Below, piece by piece: positions 1 through 10,750 of a stretch of 64,000 bases of DNA; position 1 is the first letter of the stretch, and the number at the start of each line of letters is the position of its first letter. The DNA comes from Pseudomonas sp. (GTDB lineage Bacteria > Pseudomonadota > Gammaproteobacteria > Pseudomonadales > Pseudomonadaceae), in the NCBI RefSeq assembly GCF_030698175.1, contig NZ_JAUYNT010000011.1, positions 4,748-68,747 of the forward strand, in the 5' to 3' direction. Position numbers and translations under genes: made by a program. The notes under the pieces were generated by a model. The model ran no database searches. It worked only from the letters and a program-made list of their open reading frames with translations, and was not told where the DNA came from.

Positions 1-880
1 CTAAACGGCAGACGTTGGCGCCACGCACGCTACGGGTTTCCGGATGGCTGCCGGCCGGCATCACATCAACAAACGGTTCGTTGGCGTAACGCTGCTCGAA
101 CAGCGCTTGCAGATCAATCGAGTGGTCCGCCACTGTCGCGTACAGCGTGGCGTGAATGCCACGAATCATCGGTGTCAGGTGCGGCACGAAAGTCAGGCCA
201 ATCTCGCCACCGGCCGCCCGGCGCAAGCCTTGGCTGATTTCCGGCAGATGCCGATGGCCTTTCACCGCGTAAGCTTTCATGCTTTCGCCGGCCTCACTAA
301 ACAGCGAGCCGACGCTGGCACCACGGCCGGCGCCACTGACGCCGGATTTGCAGTCGGCAATCAGCCGGCTGTTATCGGCGATACCGGCCTCCAGCAACGG
401 CAGAAAACCCAACTGAGTGGCCGTCGGATAGCAACCCGCCACGGCAATCAAGCGCGCTTGCTGGATCTTGGCGCGGTTAACTTCTGGCAGGCCGTAAACG
501 GCCTCGGCCAACAACTCCGGCGCGCCGTGGGGCTGACCGTACCACTGCGCCCATTCGTCCGCGTCTTGCAGGCGAAAATCTGCCGACAGGTCGATCACCT
601 GGGTGCCCGCGGCCAGCAGTTCACCGGCCAGCGCATGGGCAACTCCATGCGGGGTGGCGAAGAACACCACATCACAGGCGCCCAGCGCCGCGCTATCGGG
701 CACGCTAAAGGCCAGCGCATCGTAGTGACCGCGCAGGTTCGGGTACATGTCCGCGACCTTCACGCCGGCTTCCGAGCGCGAGGTAATCACTGCCACTTCT
801 GCCTCCGGGTGCTGCGCCAGCAAACGCAGTAATTCAACCCCGGTGTAGCCCGTGCCGCCGACGATACCAACCTTGACCAT
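1..880 (-). CDS. argC: N-acetyl-gamma-glutamyl-phosphate reductase (3' part runs off the left edge)
   Basis: Manual translation from ATG 880: [39 protein letters not shown], the ArgC N-terminal motif; not in the ORF track because it has no stop in the window. Confidence 0.95.
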   Translation of the reverse strand, partial: MVKVGIVGGTGYTGVELLRLLAQHPEAEVAVITSRSEAGVKVADMYPNLRGHYDALAFSVPDSAALGACDVVFFATPHGVAHALAGELLAAGTQVIDLSADFRLQDADEWAQWYGQPHGAPELLAEAVYGLPEVNRAKIQQARLIAVAGCYPTATQLGFLPLLEAGIADNSRLIADCKSGVSGAGRGASVGSLFSEAGESMKAYAVKGHRHLPEISQGLRRAAGGEIGLTFVPHLTPMIRGIHATLYATVADHSIDLQALFEQRYANEPFVDVMPAGSHPETRSVRGANVCRL

Positions 881-1011
881 GACCCGCCCCTCAAACAAAC
901 CCTGTAGAAAGGCGCGATGATACGGCCGCGCGCCTTGCCAGCCAACTGTTAGGGTGACGCACCGACCCACCAGCCACTACTATTCGCGGACTTTATTACG
1001 GGAAAGACCGC

Positions 1012-1437
1012 ATGTTGTATCTCTGGGTGAAAGCCTTTCACATTATTGCCGTGGTGACTTGGTTCGCCGGACTGTTCTATCTGCCGCGCTTATTCGTTTA
1101 CCACGCCATGAGCAGCGACAGCCTCAGCCATGAGCGTTTCTGCATCATGGAGCGCAAGCTCTATCGCGGCATTATGCAGCCCTCGATGGTCGCCACCCTG
1201 CTGCTCGGCGGCTGGCTGCTATACCTCAACCCGAGTTGGTTGAGCATGGGTTGGCTGCACGTCAAGCTGACCTTGGTGTTGCTTCTGCTCGGTTACCACC
1301 ACCTGTGTGGCGCCCAACTGAAAGCCTTTGCCCGTGGCGAAAACGCTCGCGGCCATGTGTTCTATCGCTGGTTCAATGAAGTGCCGGTGCTGTTTTTGCT
1401 GGCGATTGTGTTGCTGGTGGTAATCAAACCCTTCTGA
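1012..1437 (+). CDS. hemJ: Protoporphyrinogen IX oxidase HemJ
   Basis: WVKAFHIIAVVTWFAGLFYLPRLFVYH and FYRWFNEVP motifs; hydrophobic membrane protein. Confidence 0.92.
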   Translation: MLYLWVKAFHIIAVVTWFAGLFYLPRLFVYHAMSSDSLSHERFCIMERKLYRGIMQPSMVATLLLGGWLLYLNPSWLSMGWLHVKLTLVLLLLGYHHLCGAQLKAFARGENARGHVFYRWFNEVPVLFLLAIVLLVVIKPF

Positions 1438-1467
1438 CCCGCGCCCAACCTGACAAGAGGAAATGCC

Positions 1468-2430
1468 ATGTCCCTGCCTGACCTGCTCGCCCAACGCTTG
1501 CGCCTGCCCCTGGTGGCCGCACCAATGTTTCTGGTCTCCAACCCGCAACTGGTATTGGCCTGCTGCAATAACGGCGTGGTCGGCAGTTTCCCGGCGCTGA
1601 ACCTGCGCGAGAGCAGCGAGTTTCGCGCCTGGCTGGACGAAATCGAAGCGGGGCTGACGGCCGATGCCGCGCCCTATGCGGTCAACCTGATCGTTCACCA
1701 GACCAATCCACGACTGCAGGCGGACCTGGCCATTTGCGTGGAGAAACGCGTGCCCATCGTCATCACCAGCCTGGGCGCGGTGAAGGAAGTGGTCGATGCG
1801 GTGCACAGTTATGGCGGCTTGGTGTTTCACGACGTGACCACCCGCCGGCATGCGGAAAAAGCCGCACAAGCCGGGGTCGATGGCCTGATCGCCGTAGCCG
1901 CCGGCGCGGGCGGGCATGCCGGCACCTGGAGTCCCTTTGCGCTGATTGCCGAGATTCGTCAGTTCTTCGACAAGACCCTGTTGCTGGCCGGTTGCCTCAA
2001 CCAAGGTCACGAGATTCTTGCCGCGCAATTACTCGGGGCGGACCTGGCTTACTTCGGCACCCGCTTTATCGCCACCCAAGAGAGCCATGCCGGCGAGGCC
2101 TACAAACAAATGCTGTTGGACGCCCAAGCCGCCGACATCATTCACACCCCGGCGGTGTCCGGCATCCCGGCCAGCTTTATGCGCCAGAGCCTGCAAGCCG
2201 CCGGTTACGACCTGCAGGCCTTGCAAAACAAAGGCGAAGTTAATTATGGCGAAAAGCTCAAACCAATGAACGAAGAAGCCAAGGCCTGGAAAACCGTGTG
2301 GTCGGCCGGCCAAGGGGCCGGCAGCATCACCGATCTGCCAACGGTTGCCGAGCTGATCGCCCGTCTGGACGCCGAATACCGCGCAGCCAACCAACGTAGC
2401 GCGCAACTGGCGCAGCACTGGGCAAAATAA
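1468..2430 (+). CDS. Nitronate monooxygenase family flavoprotein
   Basis: AAPMFLVS, GAGGHAG and GADLAYFGTRFIAT motifs. Confidence 0.88.
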   Translation: MSLPDLLAQRLRLPLVAAPMFLVSNPQLVLACCNNGVVGSFPALNLRESSEFRAWLDEIEAGLTADAAPYAVNLIVHQTNPRLQADLAICVEKRVPIVITSLGAVKEVVDAVHSYGGLVFHDVTTRRHAEKAAQAGVDGLIAVAAGAGGHAGTWSPFALIAEIRQFFDKTLLLAGCLNQGHEILAAQLLGADLAYFGTRFIATQESHAGEAYKQMLLDAQAADIIHTPAVSGIPASFMRQSLQAAGYDLQALQNKGEVNYGEKLKPMNEEAKAWKTVWSAGQGAGSITDLPTVAELIARLDAEYRAANQRSAQLAQHWAK

Positions 2431-2545
2431 TCCACGCCAAGACCTGAACTACGCCGCCTTTTATTGCCGCTCGCCCTTGTATCCAAGGCCGCGCGGCTAT
2501 TAGGCTGTGCGCACACCCACCCCTACTGCTGACAGGGACGCCCGC

Positions 2546-3712
2546 ATGCCACAAGCCAAATTTAAAATCGTCTTCAATGGCGAGCTAATGCCCGATGCCC
2601 TGCTAGATGAGGTCAAAGACAAGCTCGCGCAACTGTTTAAAAGCGATCGCAGCAAGATCAACGGTCTGTTCGACGGCGGCCCCATTGCTCTGAAGCGCGA
2701 CCTGTCGGAAGACGAAGCCGACAAATACCTGGCCGCGCTACAGCGCACCGGCGCCAAGGTGCGCAAAGAAGCCGATCTGGCCGCCAGCCTGAGCCTGGTC
2801 GAGACCGAGGATCACATCAATCCCAATATGATCAGCACAGCCACAAGCGCCAGCAACGACCTGCGTATGAGCTGCCCCAAGTGTGGCCATGAGCAAGCCA
2901 AGGCCGTGGAGTGCGAAGCCTGCGGCATCATCATCGACAAGTTTCTCGCCCGCCAAGCCGAACTCGGCGACAGCGCACCAGCTCCGCTCGCCAGCCAAAC
3001 AGCAGTCGCGGCCCCAGCCAGCGCGCCGCTAAGTGCAACTCCCTACGCGCCGCCCACGGCCAATGTCGCCGAGGCGCTGCCAGAGTTTGCCGAGCTAAAA
3101 CCCTTTGGCATTGAAGGCCGCATAGGTCGCCTGCGCTATCTGGCCTGGTCACTGGTTATGATGGCTGTCGCCTTAGTGCTTCTCGGTATCGGCGCGTCGG
3201 TCATCTTCATTCTTGATAGCAGCACTTCCTTGCTATCCGTTGCTGCAACCATAGTTGGCCTATTGGCAGTAGTTGCCATGGTAGTTGTCAGCATCCAGAT
3301 TGGCGTCAAACGTTTGCACGATATCGGCTGGTCCGGCTGGCTGCTGCTGGTCAGCTTGATCCCGGCGGTTGGCAGTGTGTTCTCCATCATCATGCTGGTG
3401 GTGCCCGGCAGCACCGGCGCCAACCGCTTCGGTCCACCGCCACCGCCCAATAGCCGTGCCGTGAAGATACTCGCCGGCCTGTGGTTGCTGGTACCGGTGC
3501 TCGGCATTCTCGCGGCCATCGCCATCCCGCAATATCAGGACTATACCGAGCGCGCCCGTGACGCACAGGCCAGCGGCTACGAAGAAACCGACAGCGCCGC
3601 CTACCCAGATGAAGCGGCGGATGCCGCCGATGCCGCGGTCCCAGTCGAGCCGGCAGCTGCCTTTGACGACGCTGAAACCACTGACGACGCCAACACCAGC
3701 GAAAACCAGTAA
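2546..3712 (+). CDS. DUF805 membrane protein with zinc-ribbon (CPKC...CEAC) and acidic tail
   Basis: GRIGRLRYLAW, KRLHDIGWSGW and GANRFGPPP motifs; ATG 2546 preferred over GTG 2507. Confidence 0.8.
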   Translation: MPQAKFKIVFNGELMPDALLDEVKDKLAQLFKSDRSKINGLFDGGPIALKRDLSEDEADKYLAALQRTGAKVRKEADLAASLSLVETEDHINPNMISTATSASNDLRMSCPKCGHEQAKAVECEACGIIIDKFLARQAELGDSAPAPLASQTAVAAPASAPLSATPYAPPTANVAEALPEFAELKPFGIEGRIGRLRYLAWSLVMMAVALVLLGIGASVIFILDSSTSLLSVAATIVGLLAVVAMVVVSIQIGVKRLHDIGWSGWLLLVSLIPAVGSVFSIIMLVVPGSTGANRFGPPPPPNSRAVKILAGLWLLVPVLGILAAIAIPQYQDYTERARDAQASGYEETDSAAYPDEAADAADAAVPVEPAAAFDDAETTDDANTSENQ

Positions 3713-3759
3713 TAGCTTAATACCGCGGCCGCCCGGCCGCGGCTTGATGGAGAACATGC

Positions 3760-4557
3760 ATGTCCCGTTACGCCCTGATTACCGGCGCCTCTAGCGGGAT
3801 CGGCTTAGCCCTCGCCGAAGCCCTGGCCCGCCGTGGCCGTAACCTGATCCTAGTGGCCCGCCAGCGCGACGCACTGGAAAGCATTGCCTGCGAACTGACT
3901 CAGCGCTTCGGCGTTGAGGTGCTGTTCAGCGCCTGCGATTTAAGCGAGCCGTTGCAGGTATCCGGGTTGTTGCAAGAACTGGAGCAAGCTGATCGGCAGA
4001 TCGAACTGCTGGTCAACAATGCCGGTATCGGCACGGCCGGCGCCTTTCTCAAGCAGGACTGGAGCCGCGAGCAACAACTGATCGAGGTCAACATCCTCGC
4101 CCTCACCCGCCTCTGCCATGCGGTGAGCCAGCGCATGCTGCAACAAGGTGGCGGACAGATTCTTAACGTCGCCTCGGTGGCCAGCTTTCAGCCAGGGCCA
4201 TGGATGAGCAACTACTACGCCAGCAAAGCCTTTGTGCTGAGTTTTTCCGAGGGCCTGCGTGAAGAGCTTAAAGAACATGGCATTCAGGTTTCGGTGCTGT
4301 GCCCAGGCCCAACCCGCAGCGCGTTCTTTCGCAACGCGCAGATGAAAAGCACCAAGCTGGAGAGCAGCTCGCTGATGATGAGCTGCGAAGAAGTGGCGCT
4401 GCTGACGGTACAGGCGCTGGAGAAAAACCGCGCCATCATCATCCCCGGCTGGCACAACAAACTCATGGCCTACTGGCCGCGACTGGTTCCACGCGCCCTG
4501 GTGCGGCGCCTGGTCGGCAAGGTCAACCGCTCAAGTTCAGGGCGTAAAGCCGACTAG
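3760..4557 (+). CDS. Short-chain dehydrogenase/reductase
   Basis: TGASSGIG, NNAG and YYASK motifs. Confidence 0.92.
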   Translation: MSRYALITGASSGIGLALAEALARRGRNLILVARQRDALESIACELTQRFGVEVLFSACDLSEPLQVSGLLQELEQADRQIELLVNNAGIGTAGAFLKQDWSREQQLIEVNILALTRLCHAVSQRMLQQGGGQILNVASVASFQPGPWMSNYYASKAFVLSFSEGLREELKEHGIQVSVLCPGPTRSAFFRNAQMKSTKLESSSLMMSCEEVALLTVQALEKNRAIIIPGWHNKLMAYWPRLVPRALVRRLVGKVNRSSSGRKAD

Positions 4558-4608
4558 CCAATGGTTATGGCGCTGTACTAGTTATGTGTTGCGCCAGTCG
4601 CAGCCTCT

Positions 4609-4747
4609 GTAGGATGGGTTGAGCTTGGCGATACCCATCGATCATCCTGCGGCAATCACTCCTGCAATCCCCCGCACGCAGCAGCGGACGTGAGCTGATG
4701 GACTTCGCACGCGGTGATGGGTATCGCTGCGCTCAACCGCATCCTAC
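4609..4747. repeat. REPIN: inverted pair of GTAG-family REP sequences (4609-4639 and 4716-4747)
   Basis: GTAGGATGGGTTGAGCTTGGCGATACCCATC, then reverse-strand GTAGGATGCGGTTGAGCGCAGCGATACCCATC; same unit recurs at 23281 and 25705. Confidence 0.85.
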
Positions 4748-4782
4748 GGTCTGTCTGCACAGCTAACGGGCACATAGCCCGT

Positions 4783-4806
4783 CGCCCGATTGAAGCTGGC
4801 TCCTAC
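4783..4806 (-). repeat. Possible second-family REP remnant
   Basis: Reverse strand reads GTAGGAGCCAGCTTCAATCGGGCG, like GTAGGAGC-type Pseudomonas REPs; single copy in this window. Confidence 0.35.
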
Positions 4807-4852
4807 AAAAGCGCCGAGTACCGGCCGCACTCAGCGGCTGCACACCGGCTGA

Positions 4853-6334
4853 TCAATCCGCACTCACAGTGCGGCCATCGGCCCAGGCACGCAGCTGCGC
4901 CAAATCTTCGGCCATCACCACCGACAGCGGCGAGCTGCCCTGGATCATCTGCACCAACAAGGCCTGGTCGACCGCTTGCTGACGGGCCTGGGCGGCATAC
5001 AGGGCGCTGACCACCGCCTGCTCGATCTCCGCACCGGCAAAACCCTCACTGACGGCAGCCAGTTGCGCCAGATCAAACAGGCCCGGCTCCTGCTCGCGAC
5101 GCAGCAGGTGAATGCGGAAAATCTCGGCGCGCACCTCGGCATCCGGTAAGTCGACAAAAAACAGCTCATCGAAGCGACCCTTGCGGACTAACTCCGGCGG
5201 CAGCCGCTCGATGGCATTGGCGGTCGCCACCATAAATACCGGCGCCTTGCGCTCGGCCATCCAGGTCAGCAAGGTGCCGAGCACCCGCTGACTGACGCCG
5301 CCGTCCTGCTCACCACTGGCCAGACCTTTTTCGATCTCATCCATCCACAGCACGCAGGGCGCCATCTGCTCGGCCAGTTGCAAGGCTTCGCGCAAGTTGC
5401 GCTCGGTTTCGCCGAAGAATTTGTTGTACAGACAGGCAAAATCCAGGCGCAACAACGGCAACCCCCAGAGCCCGGCAATCGCCTTGGCCGCCAGGCTCTT
5501 GCCGCCGCCCTGCACCCCGACCAGCAGCACGCCCTTGGGTAAATCGTCGGCTTTGCCGGCCAGAAACACCTGCTCGCGATCACCCAGCCAGCGCTTGAGA
5601 TTACGCAGCCCACCGACCTCGGCAAACCGTGCCGTGTCGTACTCAAAACTCAGCACGCCATCCAGGTCGAGCAACTGGAACTTGCTCTTATTCAGCTTGG
5701 GCAGGTCGTCCTGGGTGATGGCGCCGTCATCGCAAATCACCCGCCGCGCCAAGGCCCGCGCCTGAGCATGGCCCATGCCACGCAGATTCTTCACCACCTG
5801 CTGCAGGGTACGGTTGTCGGTGCGCACCCGCGCACCGCGATTGCGCTCACTCCAGCGCGTCGCCTCATCGCGCACTATCGCCAGCAACTCGTCCTCGGTC
5901 GGCAAGGCCAGACTGAAACGGGCAGCGTAGCGCTGCACTTCGGCCGGTAATTTCAACGCATGGGAGACCAGCACCAGGGTCGGCCGATGCTGGCCTTCCG
6001 CCTGGGCGATCTCTTTCAGCAAGCGCACCAGCTTGGGGTTGTCGGTCAGGAACGGATGCAAATCGCAGAGCACATAGAGATTGGGCTGCGGGTCGTGCTT
6101 GATCAGCTTGAGCGCCGCCTCCGGCTCCAGACTTTCGCTCTGCTCTCCCGGCTCGCCGGCAAAACCGAGCCGCTGCAAGCCCTCGGTAATCGCCCAGGTG
6201 TAGAGCCCCAGGCCGCGCTTGATCGCCAAACTGGTGAGGGTTTCCAGCACCCGCGGCTCATCCCAGGACTCGATCACCACCAACTTAACCCGCGAGTCGA
6301 GCACCAGCCCCAAATCATGAATATCGTTAATCAC
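4853..6334 (-). CDS. AAA+ ATPase (Ycf46-like)
   Basis: GVQGGGKS Walker A, VLWMDEIEK Walker B, RKGRFDELFF; GTG 6334 follows an AAGGAG RBS. Confidence 0.85.
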   Translation of the reverse strand: MINDIHDLGLVLDSRVKLVVIESWDEPRVLETLTSLAIKRGLGLYTWAITEGLQRLGFAGEPGEQSESLEPEAALKLIKHDPQPNLYVLCDLHPFLTDNPKLVRLLKEIAQAEGQHRPTLVLVSHALKLPAEVQRYAARFSLALPTEDELLAIVRDEATRWSERNRGARVRTDNRTLQQVVKNLRGMGHAQARALARRVICDDGAITQDDLPKLNKSKFQLLDLDGVLSFEYDTARFAEVGGLRNLKRWLGDREQVFLAGKADDLPKGVLLVGVQGGGKSLAAKAIAGLWGLPLLRLDFACLYNKFFGETERNLREALQLAEQMAPCVLWMDEIEKGLASGEQDGGVSQRVLGTLLTWMAERKAPVFMVATANAIERLPPELVRKGRFDELFFVDLPDAEVRAEIFRIHLLRREQEPGLFDLAQLAAVSEGFAGAEIEQAVVSALYAAQARQQAVDQALLVQMIQGSSPLSVVMAEDLAQLRAWADGRTVSAD

Positions 6335-6463
6335 TGCCACTCCTTGTGCGTCGCCTAGCGGGCTGCTGAACAGGTTAGGAGGAGACACAGCCGCTGAACG
6401 CTGGTCGCCCCGAGCGCGCATGGTTACACTCTGGCGCTCAAATAACGAGCCGGGAGACCGTCC

Positions 6464-6802
6464 ATGGACTGTCTATTCTGCAAAATCGTCGCCGGGGACA
6501 TTCCCGCGCGCAAGCTGTATGAAGATGAACATGTGCTCGCCTTTCACGACATCAGCCCGGCCGCGCCGGTGCATTTTCTGGTGATCCCGAAAAAACACAT
6601 CAACACCCTCAACGACCTCACCGAAGACGACAAAGCCCTGGCCGGCCACATCCTCTTCACCGCCCAACGCCTGGCGCTTGAGCAAGGCTGTGAAGCCGGT
6701 TTCCGGGTGGCGATGAACTGCAACCCGCAAGGCGGCCAAACCGTTTACCACATCCATATGCACGTGCTCGGCCAGCGCCAAATGCACTGGCCGCCGGGTT
6801 GA
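6464..6802 (+). CDS. hinT: HIT family nucleotide-binding protein
   Basis: DCLFCKI start and HIHMH histidine triad. Confidence 0.9.
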   Translation: MDCLFCKIVAGDIPARKLYEDEHVLAFHDISPAAPVHFLVIPKKHINTLNDLTEDDKALAGHILFTAQRLALEQGCEAGFRVAMNCNPQGGQTVYHIHMHVLGQRQMHWPPG

Positions 6803-7614
6803 TGCGAGCACTGATCGGCGTCGCCCTGACGCTGCTGCTACCCCTGCCGGCCCTCGCCATCGAGACCGGCAGCGTGTTTCGTGACGCACTGAGCAACGAC
6901 CAGCAAGGCCCGGAGTTAGTCGCTTTGCCGGCCGGCAGCTTGGTGCTGGGCGACAGTCTTAATCGCGGTAACGACAACGAACGGCCGCCGCGCCCGACCC
7001 AGATCCAGCAGGCCTTCGCCCTCGGCCGCTTCGAGGTGACCTTCGCCGACTGGCAGCTGTACGCCGACGCCACCGGCAAACCCATGCCCGACAACGAAGG
7101 CTGGGGCTTGTCGGCGCAGCGCCCGGTAATCAACGTCAGCTGGTTTGCCGCCCAGGGCTATTGCCAATGGCTGAGTAAAGTCAGCGGCCAGCGTTATCGC
7201 CTGCCAACCGAGGCCGAGTGGGAATATGCCGCCCGCGCCGGTAGCCAAAGCTACTACTGGTGGGGAGCGCAACTCGACAGCGACGAACAACAACCGCGCG
7301 CCCATTGCCGTGGCTGCGGCACCGCCAGGCAAATCGCCAGCAAAACCGCACTGGTCGGCCAGTTCGCGCCGAATGCCTTTGGTCTCTACGACACCGCAGG
7401 CAATGTCTGGGAATGGACCGCCTCGACCTTTGCCGCCCCCTATGACGGCCACGAACAAGGCCGCGCCGGCCTGCTCGATAACAGCCCACGAGTCACCCGC
7501 GGTGGCGCCTGGAACAGCGGCCCGGTGTATCTGCGCAGCAGCCTGCGCGACATGAAGCAGCCGCAAGTCAAAGACTATGCCCAGGGTTTGCGGGTGCTGC
7601 GCGAGCTGCCCTGA
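6799..7614 (+). CDS. Exported FGE-sulfatase (SUMF1-fold) domain protein
   Basis: FEVTFADW, RPVINVSW, RLPTEAEWEYAARAG, GNVWEW and RVTRGGAW motifs; N-terminal signal peptide; overlaps hinT stop. Confidence 0.85.
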   Translation: MMRALIGVALTLLLPLPALAIETGSVFRDALSNDQQGPELVALPAGSLVLGDSLNRGNDNERPPRPTQIQQAFALGRFEVTFADWQLYADATGKPMPDNEGWGLSAQRPVINVSWFAAQGYCQWLSKVSGQRYRLPTEAEWEYAARAGSQSYYWWGAQLDSDEQQPRAHCRGCGTARQIASKTALVGQFAPNAFGLYDTAGNVWEWTASTFAAPYDGHEQGRAGLLDNSPRVTRGGAWNSGPVYLRSSLRDMKQPQVKDYAQGLRVLRELP

Positions 7615-7678
7615 CCCGGATCAAGACCCACAGCAACGCTTGGAGTAAACTTGGCCGATGAACTACCCCGGAGCTGCC

Positions 7679-8326
7679 ATGGCTAACCAACGTCATTACT
7701 CGCCAATTGATCGCCTGTTGCTGCAAGCCGACACCGCGTTGCGCACCTTGCTGCCGTTCAGCGGTCAGCCCTATCGGCCGTCACCGGCCATAGTCCAGCA
7801 AGAGGCCCAGCTCGACGCCAATACCACACGTCATGTGGCCGGGCTGATGCGCATCAACCATACCGGCGAGGTGTGCGCCCAAGGCCTGTATCAAGGCCAG
7901 GCCCTGACCGCCAAGTTGCCCCAGGTGCGCAGCGCCATGGAGCATGCCGCCGAGGAAGAAATCGACCATCTGGCCTGGTGCGAACAACGCATCCGCCAGC
8001 TGGGCAGCCATCCCAGCGTATTGAATCCGCTGTTCTACGGCTTGTCCTTTGGGGTGGGCGCGGTGGCCGGGATGATCAGCGACAAGGTCAGCCTGGGTTT
8101 TGTCGCGGCCACCGAAGATCAGGTCTGCAAGCACCTGGATGAACACCTGCAGCAGCTGCCGGCAGAAGACGGAAAGTCCCGGGCGATTCTCGAGCAGATG
8201 CGCAGCGACGAAGCCGAACACGCCGCCGGCGCCATCGAAGCCGGCGGTTTTCGCTTCCCGGCGCCGGTCAAGTTTGGCATGAGCCTGCTGGCCAAGGTGA
8301 TGACCAAGAGCACCTACCGGATCTGA
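7679..8326 (+). CDS. coq7: Demethoxyubiquinone hydroxylase Coq7
   Basis: [24 protein letters not shown] and DEAEH di-iron motifs. Confidence 0.93.
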   Translation: MANQRHYSPIDRLLLQADTALRTLLPFSGQPYRPSPAIVQQEAQLDANTTRHVAGLMRINHTGEVCAQGLYQGQALTAKLPQVRSAMEHAAEEEIDHLAWCEQRIRQLGSHPSVLNPLFYGLSFGVGAVAGMISDKVSLGFVAATEDQVCKHLDEHLQQLPAEDGKSRAILEQMRSDEAEHAAGAIEAGGFRFPAPVKFGMSLLAKVMTKSTYRI

Positions 8327-8345
8327 ATTCGCTAACTCGCAGACA

Positions 8346-8379
8346 GAAAAAAGGGCGCTTGAGAGAGCGCCCTTTTTTC
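8346..8379. terminator. Bidirectional intrinsic terminator between coq7 and speD
   Basis: AAAAAAGGGCGC-TTGAGAGA-GCGCCCTTTTTT. Confidence 0.85.
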
Positions 8380-8391
8380 ATGCCAGCAGAC

Positions 8392-9186
8392 TTACTCGGG
8401 CATATTGCGCGCGTAGAAAATCTCCAGCATTTCGTGCTTAACCCGCGCCGTTACCTGCTCACGCTGCTCGCTGGACAGATTCTGGGTGGCGTCGCCAAAC
8501 AGATAGTTATCCAGCTCAAATTCCTTGAGCAGCATCTTGGTGTGGAACAGGTTCTCCTGATAGACGTTGACGTCGGTCATTTGATAGGCCGCACGGGTGT
8601 CTTCCGACAGGTACTTCTGGATCGAGTTAATTTCGTGGTCGATAAAGTGCTTCTTGCCTTCCACGTCACGGGTAAAACCGCGCACCCGATAGTCGACCGT
8701 GACTATGTCCGAGTCGAACTGGTGAATCAGGTAGTTCAGCGCTTTGAGCGGAGAAATCACCCCACAGGTGGACACGTCGATATCCACCCGGAACGTGGCA
8801 ATACCGTCCACCGGATGAATTTCCGGGTAGGTGTGCACGGTGATATGGCTCTTATCCAGGTGCGCCAGAATGGTTTCTGGTAAGGGCCCCGGCGACTCCT
8901 CGATCTGGCTATCGGTCGGGGTGACCGGCTGCTCGGAAATCAGGATGGTCACGCTGGCGCCTTGAGGATCGTAATCCTGGCGGGCGATGTTAAGAATATT
9001 GGCGCCGATAATGTCGACAACATCGGTGAGAATCTGCGTCAGCCGCTCGGCGTCGTACTCAGTATTGATGTACTGAACGTAGGCCTGCTGGTCTTCCGGC
9101 GTTTCCGCGTAGCAGATGTCATAGATGTTGAAGCTCAAGGTCTTGGTCAGGTTATTGAACCCGTGGAGCTTGAGTTTGCTTTTCAC
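8392..9186 (-). CDS. speD: S-adenosylmethionine decarboxylase proenzyme
   Basis: [18 protein letters not shown] and [14 protein letters not shown] (self-cleavage site); GTG start 9186. Confidence 0.95.
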   Translation of the reverse strand: MKSKLKLHGFNNLTKTLSFNIYDICYAETPEDQQAYVQYINTEYDAERLTQILTDVVDIIGANILNIARQDYDPQGASVTILISEQPVTPTDSQIEESPGPLPETILAHLDKSHITVHTYPEIHPVDGIATFRVDIDVSTCGVISPLKALNYLIHQFDSDIVTVDYRVRGFTRDVEGKKHFIDHEINSIQKYLSEDTRAAYQMTDVNVYQENLFHTKMLLKEFELDNYLFGDATQNLSSEQREQVTARVKHEMLEIFYARNMPE

Positions 9187-9394
9187 CGTAGGTAACTCTC
9201 TATATGAATGCGGCTCTGCCACATGATTGAGCATGCCCGTCAGAGGCGCGGTGCGCTTCTGCGTAGGACGGTTTACACCTCTTCGCAATGGCGATTATGG
9301 TTGTCTTGCTTGGGCTCAAAGCCTTGAAAAGCGGGCGCATTATGCAGAGCCAGGCAGCCCTGCGCCAGCCCATGCGCCCAACTGCGGCGAAACC

Positions 9395-9817
9395 TTAAGC
9401 CAGCTCGATGATTTCGTAGTCGTGAGTGATGACCACGCCGGCGCGACCGAGCATGATCGACGCCGAGCAGTACTTCTCGGCCGACAGCTCCACCGCCCGT
9501 TTAACCTGAGCTTCTTTCAAACCGCGACCTTTGACCACAAAGTGCAGATGAATCTTGGTGAAGACTTTTGGGTCTTCATCGGCGCGCTCGGCCTCAACAA
9601 AAGCCTCACAGCTCTCCACCGCCTGGCGCGATTTTTTCAAGATGCTGACCACATCAAAATTGCTGCAGCCGCCCAAGCCGATCAGCAGCATCTCCATCGG
9701 CCGCACGCCGAGGTTACGACCACCGGCCTCGGGTGGACCGTCCATGACCACGACATGGCCACTGCCCGACTCGCCAAGAAACAGAGCCTCACCGGCCCAT
9801 TGAATGCGTGCTTTCAT
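9395..9817 (-). CDS. OsmC/YhfA family protein
   Basis: RPMEMLLIGLGGCS and AVELSAEKYCSAS motifs; divergent from vfr. Confidence 0.9.
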   Translation of the reverse strand: MKARIQWAGEALFLGESGSGHVVVMDGPPEAGGRNLGVRPMEMLLIGLGGCSNFDVVSILKKSRQAVESCEAFVEAERADEDPKVFTKIHLHFVVKGRGLKEAQVKRAVELSAEKYCSASIMLGRAGVVITHDYEIIELA

Positions 9818-10049
9818 TGCCAAGTCTCCGGTAAAAAAATCCGCGGCAAGCTTAACACAGGGTATTCCCCCCCCCATTGCGACGCATTTGACGAAATCAA
9901 TTACTCTTAGCTGTTAGCTCCGTCGCAAAATCACCGCCAACTATTAAGGCTCTGTTAAGCTGGCGCCGGATAACTGGCACACTTGCCGCATGACTAATAA
10001 GAAAATGTCTGTTTAACAGAGACTTATCTGTTCTTTTCGAGATTCGTGC

Positions 10050-10694
10050 ATGGTCGCTATCACTCTTACACCGAAAATAAAGAATTTCGACAAGCTGCTC
10101 GCGCATGCCCACCGTCGTCGTTACACCGCCAAAAGCACCATCATCTATGCCGGTGATCGGTGCGAGACGCTGTTCTTCATTATTAAAGGTTCGGTCACCA
10201 TCCTGATTGAGGATGATGACGGTCGTGAGATGATCATCGCCTACCTCAATGCCGGCGATTTCTTCGGTGAGATGGGCCTGTTCGAAAAAGAAGGCAGCGA
10301 GAAAGAACGCAGCGCTTGGGTGCGGGCCAAAACCGAGTGCGAAGTGGCAGAACTGAGTTACACCAAGTTCCGCGAACTCACCGTGCAAGACCCGGAAATG
10401 CTGATTGCCCTCGGCAGCCAGATGGCCGAGCGCCTGCGCAACACCACTCGTAAAGTTGGCGACCTGGCCTTTCTGGATGTCACCGGCCGCGTTGCCCGCA
10501 CCCTGCTCGACCTGTGCAAGCAGCCAGATGCCATGACCCACCCAGACGGCATGCAGATCAAAATTACCCGCCAGGAAATCGGCCGTATCGTTGGCTGCTC
10601 GCGGGAGATGGTTGGCCGCGTGCTCAAGGTTCTGCAAGAGCAGGGCCTGGTCAACGTCAAAGGCAAAACCATGGTGGTATTCGGCACCCGCTGA
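10050..10694 (+). CDS. vfr: cAMP receptor protein Vfr/Crp
   Basis: [15 protein letters not shown] cNMP-binding motifs and [24 protein letters not shown]. Confidence 0.96.
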   Translation: MVAITLTPKIKNFDKLLAHAHRRRYTAKSTIIYAGDRCETLFFIIKGSVTILIEDDDGREMIIAYLNAGDFFGEMGLFEKEGSEKERSAWVRAKTECEVAELSYTKFRELTVQDPEMLIALGSQMAERLRNTTRKVGDLAFLDVTGRVARTLLDLCKQPDAMTHPDGMQIKITRQEIGRIVGCSREMVGRVLKVLQEQGLVNVKGKTMVVFGTR

Positions 10695-10707
10695 ATGCAC
10701 CAGATCT

Positions 10708-10736
10708 AAAAAAACCGGCGCGAGCCGGTTTTTTTA
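10708..10736. terminator. Bidirectional intrinsic terminator between vfr and trpC
   Basis: AAAAAACCGGC-GCGA-GCCGGTTTTTTT. Confidence 0.85.
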
Positions 10737-10750
10737 TGCGCAGCATTTAC

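Noticed and set aside
44-832. 262-aa plus-strand ORF
   Set aside because: Antisense shadow of argC; no recognisable motif
9888-9902. TTTGACGAAATCAA upstream of vfr as an Anr or CRP box
   Set aside because: Spacing is one base short for both TTGAT-N4-ATCAA and TGTGA-N6-TCACA
9974-9986. TGGCACACTTGC as a sigma54 promoter
   Set aside because: GG-to-GC spacing is too short for a -24/-12 element
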